Positions 49,083 to 56,903 of a stretch of DNA of 64,000 bases are shown in pieces. Position 1 is the first letter of the stretch, and every line of letters starts with the position of its first letter. The position numbers and the translations under genes were made by a program. The notes under the pieces were generated by a model. It did not search any database. It had not been told where the DNA came from and was given only the letters and a program-made list of their open reading frames with translations. Origin of the DNA: Patescibacteria group bacterium (GTDB lineage: Bacteria; Patescibacteriota; Patescibacteriia; UBA1558; GWA2-36-10); the NCBI GenBank assembly GCA_018819405.1, contig JAHJQF010000001.1, positions 907,377 to 971,376 of the forward strand, read 5' to 3'.

Positions 49083-49175
49083 TTACTGGGTCTCCAGCCC
49101 AGGGGTGACAGGCGTGGTCATCGGAGGCGCGTCGGACGCCTCGGCAGGAACATCGGGCAGGGTCCAGAAGAGCAT
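49083..49175 (-). CDS. 30-aa peptide MLFWTLPDVPAEASDAPPMTTPVTPGLETQ (SD GGAAAGGAG). Start overlaps the upstream stop (ATGATG)
   Basis: Paralogous N-terminus to 49175..49330. Confidence 0.3.
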   Translation of the reverse strand: MLFWTLPDVPAEASDAPPMTTPVTPGLETQ

Positions 49176-49330
49176 CATCGCTCCTTTCCGGCAACTGCCG
49201 AAGGTTGTCTGTAGCGCTCGGTCCATACGCCGGCCTCAACGGCGCGGTACCACCTGTGGCACGAACTGTTTCCGACGAGCTTAGTCGCCGGGTTCGCACC
49301 CGAATCGTCGGGAAGGAGCCAGTAGAGCAC
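49175..49330 (-). CDS. 51-aa peptide (GTG start) VLYWLLPDDSGANPATKLVG... (SD GAAAGGAG)
   Basis: DNA around the start about 80% identical to the next ORF start. The SD region is also palindromic, so it may be RNA structure instead. Confidence 0.25.
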   Translation of the reverse strand: MLYWLLPDDSGANPATKLVGNSSCHRWYRAVEAGVWTERYRQPSAVAGKER

Positions 49331-49415
49331 TGCTTCTCCTTTCGACTGGTTGTGTAGCTCCGAAGTGGAGCTACATGGTGCGGCTAGCTAGCCGCCGGGG
49401 CGCTGGCGCCCAGGT

Positions 49416-49523
49416 CTAGCTGCCGCGCCGCCGGCCGCGGACGTCGGTCGTGGAGGTGTTGCCCATGAGCACGAAATAGTTCGTGTAAGTGGCGACCGGA
49501 CGGCCGCGGATGTGGATCGACAT
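49416..49523 (-). CDS. 35-aa peptide MSIHIRGRPVATYTNYFVLMGNTSTTDVRGRRRGS (SD GGGAGGA). Member of the M-x-I-R-x-R-G-R-P short-ORF family
   Basis: SD 6 nt upstream. DNA about 80% identical over the first 10 codons to 54092..54136. Confidence 0.4.
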   Translation of the reverse strand: MSIHIRGRPVATYTNYFVLMGNTSTTDVRGRRRGS

Positions 49524-49678
49524 TGGGATCCTCCCGTCGTTGCATCATGGCAGGTTTTGTCCAGACTAGCTGGACGCTACATCCCACTTGGGGATACCAT
49601 TTTCCGTTGCTTAGACTTGTTGCGTATTCACTAGGAAATGATCGGGCGACTAAAAATATTTTTTAATCACGATTTTGT

Positions 49679-49706
49679 ATTATAGCACAAATAAAAAATT
49701 TGTCAA
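49679..49706 (-). promoter_or_regulatory. sigma70 promoter TTGACA-16-TATAAT whose -35 is embedded in the palindrome TTTGTCA-n8-TGACAAA (49699-49720)
   Basis: Direct read on the minus strand. Confidence 0.65.
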
Positions 49707-49739
49707 GAGCCCCTGACAAACCTTTTAAAAATACCAAAA

Positions 49740-50378
49740 ATGGGTATTTTATATAAATCTAGAAATAAAATTGATAAAAAAGTCAAAAATATGCCCAAAA
49801 ATATTAATGTTCATAAAATTATCCAAAATTATCAAAACTATCAATATCCAAGGCCCATTTATAGTAAATTTACGCTTAAATTCGTCAAAATGAGCTGGCA
49901 AAAAGGCAAAAAGCACTTTGGAGCCATCAAGTGGTGGAATAGGTATAAGATTAAAAACTCCCAATATAAGATTGACTAATATCAAATAAAACAAAAATAT
50001 AAAAACTAGATTATCAATAGGCAAAAACTTGAGCAAAAAATTAGCAATTATTATAAATAAAGCTACATTAATAAAGTTGGAAAGCGGACCAGCCAGTGAC
50101 ACAAAAGCATCTCCCCAACGACGCCAACGAAGATTATAAGTATTGACCGGTACTGGTTTGCCCCAACCAAAACCGGCGAAAAGGAGCATCAAGGTACCCA
50201 AAAACTCCATATGAGCCAAAGGATTGAGAGTCAAACGACCATTTTGACTAGGGGTATTGTCTCCCAAATAATGAGCCGCCAAAGCATGAGCAAACTCATG
50301 AATAGTTAAAGCATATATAATAGATAAAATAACTATTAAAAATATTTTTGGATCGCTAAATAATGTGGAAATTAACAT
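49740..50378 (-). CDS. M50-family site-2 protease (HEFAH zinc motif), AT-rich native gene
   Basis: HEFAHALAAH. Multi-TM. Confidence 0.7.
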
Positions 50379-50467
50379 ATATTATTGACAAAATTATAAA
50401 TTGATGGTAGCATAATCAAAGCTTAATAATAGTATTATAGCCTAATTAACATAGAAATTCAAAGTAT

Positions 50468-50659
50468 ATGGCCAAAGTATGTGAAATTTGTAATAGAGGT
50501 AAACTAAGTGCTAATACCCGCAGTCATTCCAATATTGCTAGCAAGAGAACCATGAAGCTGAATTTGCAATCCAAAAAAATTGGCAACAGCAAAATGACTG
50601 TTTGCACTTCTTGTTTGAAAACTCTAAACAAACTTAGAAAAAATCAAACTATAAAATAA
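50468..50659 (+). CDS. rpmB: 50S ribosomal protein L28
   Basis: MAKVCEICNRGKLSANTRSHSNIASKR. Confidence 0.85.
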   Translation: MAKVCEICNRGKLSANTRSHSNIASKRTMKLNLQSKKIGNSKMTVCTSCLKTLNKLRKNQTIK

Positions 50660-50673
50660 ATTATTTTTTTCAA

Positions 50674-50712
50674 CCGTCCCCTCATAGCAGGGGGCGGTTT
50701 TTTAATTTTTTG
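50674..50712 (+). terminator. rpmB terminator (CCGTCCCC..GGGGCGG plus T-run)
   Basis: Direct read. Confidence 0.7.
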
Positions 50713-50765
50713 AATAAAAATAAAGCGGGCGCCTGATGACATACATGATGCAAAAGTGGCGCCCG
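50712..50765 (-). terminator. terminator of the GC-rich gene (GCGGGCGCC...GGCGCCCG plus U-run)
   Basis: Direct read. Confidence 0.6.
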
Positions 50766-50785
50766 GAAAAGGGTCTTGGGCCAAA

Positions 50786-51085
50786 CTACCTGCTACTAGC
50801 GCAGGCCATGACGATCTTCTTGATCAGTCTCCTGACAGGGTGAGCCCTGATCAGCTCATCGCCGATGATCTGGTAGTGTCTTCCCTCACCATGAGGATCG
50901 AGATAGACCAGACGGGTCCGCGTATCCCAGATGGGCCAAGGTTGGCCTGCTCTGCGCAGACGACCGGTCGAGACATAGTCTCTTCCATCATAGCTCTGCT
51001 CTTCCACCAGTTCAACCGATGAAAAATTGTTGGGAAAAGGCACCCAACGGCGTCCGTCAATCGTCGCCCCAGCTTGTTTCGACAC
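50786..51085 (-). CDS. GC-rich (about 55%) hypothetical protein, about 100 aa, GTG start with SD GGAGG
   Basis: SD plus GTG. Own terminator. No recognisable domain. Confidence 0.4.
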   Translation of the reverse strand: MSKQAGATIDGRRWVPFPNNFSSVELVEEQSYDGRDYVSTGRLRRAGQPWPIWDTRTRLVYLDPHGEGRHYQIIGDELIRAHPVRRLIKKIVMACASSR

Positions 51086-51486
51086 AAGTAACCTCCAGTG
51101 TTTGTTTGGGCCAATATATGTGGCTGATAAAGCCACGGGATGAACAAAATATATTTTACAATACCACTCTTTGCAATTTTGGTCAATTATAAAAACCCCT
51201 GGCCTAAACTCGGGGTAAAAACAAAAAGGCGTTGTTATAGTTTGAAAAACTAATAAAACACCTTTTTGCTAGCCATTTTGTTGCATGAATTTGTGCCTTA
51301 GTAATTAATGACTATTGTAGCTTTGCTTTTTTATATGTATAACCCCTTTGTAAAAGGGTGGTGCTCGCAGACTAAAGGCCCCAGCCCAAGACAATATAAA
51401 GCACCAAGGCAATAATGTTGTAGAGTTACATATGTTAAAAAGAAGCTACATTTATAATATAACATCTTTTAAAAATCATTGCAAAA

Positions 51487-51513
51487 CCCGTTAGAAATAT
51501 TATTTCTAACGGG
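51487..51513. repeat. perfect palindrome CCCGTTAGAAAT att ATTTCTAACGGG
   Basis: Direct read. Confidence 0.8.
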
Positions 51514-51521
51514 TCAAAAAC

Positions 51522-51551
51522 AAACCAAAAAAAGAGCTAGACTTAGCTCTT
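51522..51551 (-). terminator. ndk terminator (AGAGCTAgactTAGCTCT plus U-run)
   Basis: Direct read. Confidence 0.7.
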
Positions 51552-51584
51552 TTTAAATTGATTATTTTAAAACTCGTCGAGAGA

Positions 51585-52094
51585 TTATTTTTCCAACAGT
51601 GTATGCCTAGTATAATCAGGCTGATGATCACATAATTCAAAATCCTGAAACCAATAACTTATCTCCATCTTAGCTTCTTCTACGCTTGAAGAGGCGTGAA
51701 TGAGATTAAAAACTGCTTTGTTGCTTTTGTCAGCATGAGAAAAAGACAAGTGAGCATAATCACCTCTGATAGTACCTGGAGCCGCACTTTTTGGCTCAGT
51801 CTCTCCGACCATCTTGCGTACAATGGTCACTGCCTCCACGCCTTCGATAGCAATGGCTACTACTGGTCCGGAAGTAATCATCTCCACCATCATATCTCTT
51901 ACTTTTTGTCCGCGTCTCTTTGCCAAATCTTCACTATAATGTTTGAGGGCAGTATCTTGATCAGACAGGACAAGTTTTAGTCCGGCAATTTTGAGTCCAG
52001 TTCTTTCAAAACGATGTAGTATTTCCCCTATCAAGCCTCTGTTGATAGCATCGGGTTTGAGTAATATTAAACTTCTTTCTAATTTATCATTCAT
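51585..52094 (-). CDS. ndk: nucleoside diphosphate kinase (C-terminally extended)
   Basis: LILLKPDAINRGLIGEIL... Confidence 0.85.
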   Translation of the reverse strand: MNDKLERSLILLKPDAINRGLIGEILHRFERTGLKIAGLKLVLSDQDTALKHYSEDLAKRRGQKVRDMMVEMITSGPVVAIAIEGVEAVTIVRKMVGETEPKSAAPGTIRGDYAHLSFSHADKSNKAVFNLIHASSSVEEAKMEISYWFQDFELCDHQPDYTRHTLLEK

Positions 52095-52115
52095 ATTTAC
52101 AAATTTATAAAATAA

Positions 52116-52496
52116 TTATTTAGCCATTTTCTTTTTAACTTCTGCCACTACTTCCGATGGGGTAATATTTGCCTTGACTAAATAGCCAACTGACCCCAAC
52201 TCTTTACCACGCTCAATATCCTCATCCTGCCCTAGGTTGGTCAACAACATTACAGGAATATCTTTGGTAGCGGCATCCTCCTTGAGAGATTTCAAAACTG
52301 AAAAACCATCCATCTTTGGCATAATAATATCAAGTAAAATAAAATCCGGATGAATAGTTTTGGCTTTTTCCAAACCGTCTGCTCCATCAAGAGCCTTGGT
52401 CAAATCAAAGCCTTCGTTGTTAAACTTTACTTCATACATATTGGCGAGCATTTCCTCGTCCTCAATAAGCAAAATTTTTGTTTTATTATCTGCCAT
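52116..52496 (-). CDS. single-domain response regulator (CheY-like receiver). Start at MADNKTKILLIEDEE
   Basis: DEEM...LDIIMPKMDG...K receiver residues. The upstream 41 codons of the track ORF run into GC-rich terminator hairpins. Confidence 0.75.
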   Translation of the reverse strand: MADNKTKILLIEDEEMLANMYEVKFNNEGFDLTKALDGADGLEKAKTIHPDFILLDIIMPKMDGFSVLKSLKEDAATKDIPVMLLTNLGQDEDIERGKELGSVGYLVKANITPSEVVAEVKKKMAK

Positions 52497-52560
52497 AACG
52501 CTTAAAAATTTAATGTTTATGCCTATATTATATGCTAAGTGAATATAAAAATCAAGGTAA

Positions 52561-52592
52561 TAAAAAGAGGGGGCAACGCACGCGCTGCCCCC
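52561..52592 (-). terminator. terminator GGGGGCAACGCACGCGCTGCCCCC plus U-run for the GC-rich lipoprotein gene
   Basis: Direct read. Confidence 0.65.
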
Positions 52593-52672
52593 TGGCGAGC
52601 GTCCCATCTTTGGGTTCAATTGGGGCAGTGTCTGCCCCTTTTATAGCTCGCTGAGACCCGCCGGTTTTGGTG

Positions 52673-53167
52673 TTAGGCCGCCATCAGGCGGCCAGGCCTA
52701 TTGCCGGGCGGGACGTCTTCCCTGCCGCCGTAATGGCCGAGGATGGAGCTCTTGTTCATCGTCACCTGGTAGTAGTCCCAGATGGCATCACCGGCCGAAG
52801 CCGACACACACAGTGCGCTCAGTGAGCTGGGAATCTTGATATATACCGGATCCAGATTGCTGACGACGCTGGAGCTCTTGTAGTAGAGCCCAACGGCATC
52901 ACCGGCCGAAGCCGCCACACACAGTGCGCTCATGTTACAGGACTCGTTGATCTTCTTCAGGACGACGGTCGTAGTGTTCGCCGTCGTGTCCATGTGATTG
53001 GCGATCGCCACGGCGATGTCCGTGCCGTCGGTGACCGCATACCACAGGTCGTTCTTCGCGTAACTGACCTGGCTGGCCATCGCGCCGCAAGCAAGCAGCA
53101 TGATGACGGCCACCAGAGCCAGAGCGGCGCCCATCATCAGACGCGAGGGTCCACGAATGTGATGCAT
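52673..53167 (-). CDS. GC-rich (about 62%) lipoprotein with internal duplicated motif SALCV(A/S)ASAGDA(V/I)..YY
   Basis: Signal peptide and lipobox ALALVAVIMLLACGAMA. SD GGGAGGAAG. Confidence 0.55.
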   Translation of the reverse strand: MHHIRGPSRLMMGAALALVAVIMLLACGAMASQVSYAKNDLWYAVTDGTDIAVAIANHMDTTANTTTVVLKKINESCNMSALCVAASAGDAVGLYYKSSSVVSNLDPVYIKIPSSLSALCVSASAGDAIWDYYQVTMNKSSILGHYGGREDVPPGNRPGRLMAA

Positions 53168-53409
53168 GTCTTCCTCCCTGAATGGGGACTAAAATGACTA
53201 CCTAAGGTAGCCGGCGAATGATACTCGGTTAAAAAACCTCCTTGGCTTTTGGTCTCACTATAATGAGTATACTTCCATAGGAAATATACTCGTGAAATTG
53301 TACAATACATATTTGAACATACAATATTTTGTAAATTCTGTCAATAACTATAAAAAATTCTACCCTGACCCAAGCTACTAAGTTTTATAGCTAATCTTCA
53401 TCACTTTTG

Positions 53410-53467
53410 GATAAAATCTATAAAAGAAAACCGGGCGAAACTCACTATGTGAAGCTTGTCTCGCCCG
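53410..53467 (-). terminator. cassette unit-1 terminator (CCGGGCGA..TCGCCCGG plus U-run)
   Basis: Direct read. Confidence 0.6.
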
Positions 53468-53661
53468 GTCAGGTGGTTGGCCCGAAGGCCACCGGATCGC
53501 TGTGCGATCATTTTTTGAGCCATTGGGCTCGAAGAAAAGAATATTGGGATTTTTGGAGATGGGCCTTGAGTCGCTTAAGTGCCCGGTCAGTTGGCCCGAT
53601 TACTCTGGCCGAGCTAAAGGTGGAATCGAAGCTTCATCGGCGACCTCGCTGGTCAGGCGGT

Positions 53662-53739
53662 TCATGCGGCCTTCGTGGCTGTACGGCGACGCAGCTCGGC
53701 GACGGTCTCCCTCGGGGGTCCAGTGTTTCGAATCTTCAT
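53662..53739 (-). CDS. 25-aa peptide MKIRNTGPPRETVAELRRRTATKAA (SD GGAAGGAG). Short-ORF family member
   Basis: SD 7 nt upstream. RBS region homologous to 49524-49545 and 54137-54160. Confidence 0.35.
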   Translation of the reverse strand: MKIRNTGPPRETVAELRRRTATKAA

Positions 53740-53876
53740 GATCAGACTCCTTCCTCGAGTCGCTTCAGAAAATTCCCGCCAAAATTAGCGGCATAGGAGA
53801 TGTGGCTCCTTCCAATATCGGCTGGGCTCCTGCCCTCCCCTATAGACCAACAGATCTAGCGAGAACGGCTGTTTTT

Positions 53877-53905
53877 ATGATACCAAGTGCCCTAAAATTA
53901 GTCAA
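53877..53905 (-). promoter_or_regulatory. sigma70 promoter TTGACT-17-TATCAT inside the conserved ATTGACTAATTT box
   Basis: Direct read. Confidence 0.55.
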
Positions 53906-53915
53906 TATAATAATC

Positions 53916-53969
53916 TAAACAAAAAAATACCGGACAAAACTCGCTCTTGGAGCTAAGTCTTGCCCGGCT
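53916..53969 (-). terminator. cassette unit-2 terminator (CCGGACAA..CTTGCCCGG plus U-run)
   Basis: Homologous to 53430-53467. Confidence 0.55.
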
Positions 53970-54091
53970 TGCATCGCTGTAGATAGTCTCACCTGACCCC
54001 AGGTAATATTCCCCTACGAGGGGATCGTGAGAGTTGACTGGTTCGTAAGCGAAGGTCATCCTCTCCAACTAACGCTGGGAACTTTAGGAAG

Positions 54092-54136
54092 TCAGGCGTT
54101 GTCCCCGATGGGACGTCCACGGATGCGGATAGCCAC
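54092..54136 (-). CDS. 14-aa peptide (GTG) MAIRIRGRPIGDNA (SD GAAAGGAG). Truncated paralog of 49416..49523
   Basis: 17/20-nt identity with the start of 49416..49523. Confidence 0.3.
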   Translation of the reverse strand: MAIRIRGRPIGDNA

Positions 54137-54204
54137 GATATGGCTCCTTTCGTCGAGTCACTTCATACGTCGTTCCCACCATTACTGGCAGGAGTGGCTC
54201 TCTT

Positions 54205-54233
54205 AAGATATCAATCGCTATTAAATTAGTCAA
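54205..54233 (-). promoter_or_regulatory. promoter TTGACT-17-TATCTT (ATTGACTAATTT box, second copy)
   Basis: Direct read. Confidence 0.4.
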
Positions 54234-54239
54234 TAAATT

Positions 54240-55037
54240 TTAAAAACTAAAACTAATAGTACCTAAGTCCTGAGTATTTTCTATTTCACACCCTACTTTT
54301 TTCAATCTTTCTATTGCTTCCTGATGCGGGTGGCCAAATTTATTGTCCAAGCCAGATTGAATAATACAAAATTCGGGCTGTACAGCCTGCAAAAACTCTA
54401 GTGATGAAGAATATTTACTACCATGATGGCCGACTTTTAGATACTGGGAATTTAAATCAAAACCACCGGACAATAACTTTTGTTCCCCTTCTATTGGCAA
54501 ATCTCCCATCAATAAAACATTTTTATCTTTATAGCTTAGTTTTATAACTACTGAGTTTTCATTGAAATCTTCATGCCAGTAGTCAGCTAAAAGAACCCTA
54601 AAATATAAATCATCGGAAAACATAAAACTCTCGCCTGCTTGTACAATTTGTGGTTGGATATTATTTTCTTGTAATTTTTGGGTAAAGATATTATACAAAA
54701 AATGATCGGGCTGGTGATTACTCACCAAAACATGTTTTACTTCGTACTTTTCTAAAAGCTCTACAAAACCCATCATATGATCATCATGCCAATGAGTAAT
54801 AATCAAATAATCAATCGTGTCCTCCCACCAAGGAAGTTTGTCGGCCATTTGGGACAAGAGCAGATTGTCCGGCCCGCCGTCTATCAAAATATTTTGACCA
54901 TCAGGAGTACGAATTAAAATTGCATCACCTTGCCCAACATCCAAAAAATTAATCGCTAGTTTATTTTCTATTCTATAAAAAGAAAAAAATAAAGCTGACA
55001 AAATTATTAGGGTTATAAAAAATATTGTTTTATTCAT
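54240..55037 (-). CDS. ComEC C-terminal metallo-beta-lactamase domain protein (separate ORF with N-terminal TM)
   Basis: THWHDDHMMG motif, GHHGSKYSS. Confidence 0.75.
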   Translation of the reverse strand: MNKTIFFITLIILSALFFSFYRIENKLAINFLDVGQGDAILIRTPDGQNILIDGGPDNLLLSQMADKLPWWEDTIDYLIITHWHDDHMMGFVELLEKYEVKHVLVSNHQPDHFLYNIFTQKLQENNIQPQIVQAGESFMFSDDLYFRVLLADYWHEDFNENSVVIKLSYKDKNVLLMGDLPIEGEQKLLSGGFDLNSQYLKVGHHGSKYSSSLEFLQAVQPEFCIIQSGLDNKFGHPHQEAIERLKKVGCEIENTQDLGTISFSF

Positions 55038-55069
55038 ATGTTTATATAAATTAACCCACTATACCAAAT

Positions 55070-55182
55070 TTATATTTGTCATCCTGAACTTGTTTCAGGA
55101 TCTCCGATTGGAGATGCCGAAATACCCGCCTGCCATGACTACTGTCAGGCATGTCGGGCAGGAATTCGGCATAACAAAAATA
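55070..55182. repeat. structured GC-richer element (TTTGTCATCC plus hairpin ATCCTGAActtgTTCAGGAT ...) immediately 3' of the second GIY-YIG gene
   Basis: Same architecture as 3679-3767. Confidence 0.5.
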
Positions 55183-55473
55183 TCACAAAAAATCATCGCT
55201 AATATCCTCCCATTTTTTATTAACCGATTCCACTAAATTGTTCTTCCAATCTCTATGCCAATTTTTTAATTGTTTTTCTCTACAAATAGCATCATGCATA
55301 TGCTGATATACCTCATAATAAACCAGCTTTATAACATTATATGGCTTAGTAAAACCAATAATATCTTTATTTTTGTGTTGTTTTATCCTATTTATTAAAT
55401 CGCCAGTGACACCAATATACATAACATTATTATTTTGATTAGTTAAAATATAAACATAATATTCTTTATTCAT
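55183..55473 (-). CDS. GIY-YIG nuclease family protein (paralog of 3770..4057)
   Basis: YYVYILTNQNNNVMYIGVTGDLINRIKQHK. Confidence 0.8.
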   Translation of the reverse strand: MNKEYYVYILTNQNNNVMYIGVTGDLINRIKQHKNKDIIGFTKPYNVIKLVYYEVYQHMHDAICREKQLKNWHRDWKNNLVESVNKKWEDISDDFL

Positions 55474-56782
55474 AATTTTGAGGCTTAATTATAAAAGTCA
55501 AAATAAACATAAAACAAAGAAAAAAAATCATATAAAAACTACTGAAATCTTGTACTTCAATATAAGCCCTGGGTAATTGGGAAAGATAAAAAGATAAGAC
55601 AACAATTATCTTTAAAATAATAAAAAGCGGCCAAGCTAATAATTTTGCCAAAAATGGCCAAAAACCAAACCCCGCTAAAAACAGACTAAATACCAAAACC
55701 AATGGCAAAAAGGGCAAAATCAAAAAATTAGCCAAGGGCGCTACAATTGACACAATACCAAAATAATAAACAATCAAAGGCCAGGTAAATATTTGAGCGG
55801 CTAGGGTCACAGACATTACTTCTCTCAACTTAAATTTTTGGGGTACAAAAAACAAAACTTTCTGGAAAAATTTTACATAATAAAGCAAACCCAAGACTGC
55901 CAAAAATGACAATTGAAAACCTATATCATATAAAAGTAAATATGGATTGAGTAAGACAAATATATCAGCAGCCAAAACAAGGCTATATATAGATTCTGTA
56001 TCCCTGCCCAAAAAAGGCCCTAACATTAATATAGATAGCATCAAACTGGCTCGAACTGCCGAAGCTGGAAATCCTATCAAATATAAATATAAAAATAATA
56101 TTAAAATTAAAAACCAAAAGGCTTTTTTTCTAGACAAACCAATAGCAAACAAAAAACTCCTGACTAGCCAAACTATAATAGCCATATGCAGTCCGGAAAT
56201 AGCTACCACATGACTCAGGCCCACTTGAGCAAAAATATTTCTGGTATCACCAGGTATTTCCCGACGACTGGCCAGAAGCATAGCCTTGGCTAGTGATGAA
56301 GCCGGCTCACGAAGATAAATGTCAAGATTTTTCCAAAAATAATTTTTGGCTTGAAAAATATAAAAAGAAATACCTTTATCTTGAGAAATATATTTTACCT
56401 TTGGACGAAAACAAGTAGCATATATATTGTCCTTGGCTAAATATTTATCATAAAAAAATGTTTTGCCTTCATCATCCTCTATTGGCTCTGGTTTGTAAAC
56501 TTTGCCTGATAGTTCTAAAACATCACCATAATAATACTCTGGATACAAAGGAATATAGACTAAAATATTTCCGGAAAAATTATCTAAATCCAAAGGCTCT
56601 ACTAATATATTCCAACCATCTATCTTTTTGTCGGTATTTATTACTTTAGCTTTAAAACTATAAAAATTATCAAAAATAAAACCGGGATTATTTTCCCGAT
56701 TGTCAAAATATAGCAACCAAACAAAATTGAGTGCCAAAAAAATAAAACTAACCCCTAAAAAGCCTTGGCTTTTGCTCATCAA
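55466..56782 (-). CDS. comEC: ComEC N-terminal (DUF4131/OB) plus competence membrane domain
   Basis: GLSHVVAISGLHMAII and SFLAV motifs. Stop overlaps the GIY-YIG start. Confidence 0.75.
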   Translation of the reverse strand: MMSKSQGFLGVSFIFLALNFVWLLYFDNRENNPGFIFDNFYSFKAKVINTDKKIDGWNILVEPLDLDNFSGNILVYIPLYPEYYYGDVLELSGKVYKPEPIEDDEGKTFFYDKYLAKDNIYATCFRPKVKYISQDKGISFYIFQAKNYFWKNLDIYLREPASSLAKAMLLASRREIPGDTRNIFAQVGLSHVVAISGLHMAIIVWLVRSFLFAIGLSRKKAFWFLILILFLYLYLIGFPASAVRASLMLSILMLGPFLGRDTESIYSLVLAADIFVLLNPYLLLYDIGFQLSFLAVLGLLYYVKFFQKVLFFVPQKFKLREVMSVTLAAQIFTWPLIVYYFGIVSIVAPLANFLILPFLPLVLVFSLFLAGFGFWPFLAKLLAWPLFIILKIIVVLSFYLSQLPRAYIEVQDFSSFYMIFFLCFMFILTFIIKPQNYE

Positions 56783-56903
56783 AATCGCTTAATTCTTCTG
56801 AACTATATTTAAACCTATTTTAAAAAATTTGTCAAAAATTAACCTGTGCCGGCCTCTTGACCCTAAGCTCGAGACCGAAGGGACATAGACCGAGAAATCA
56901 AAA

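Noticed and set aside
48875-49587. ORF-track ORFs 48875..49081, 49048..49284, 49078..49299, 49384..49587 and 48666..48914
   Set aside because: They have no RBS and Arg/Pro/Ala-rich GC-artefact composition. The SD-led micro-ORFs lie in other frames.
50756-51186. Overlapping ORFs 50756..51022 (+) and 50851..51186 (-)
   Set aside because: Only the frame with SD GGAGG plus GTG (50786..51085) is supported. The others are shadows.
53407-53796. Plus-strand ORFs 53407..53796 and 53502..53741
   Set aside because: They have no RBS. They span the terminator hairpin and promoter of the minus-strand cassette unit, and their composition is mixed AT/GC.
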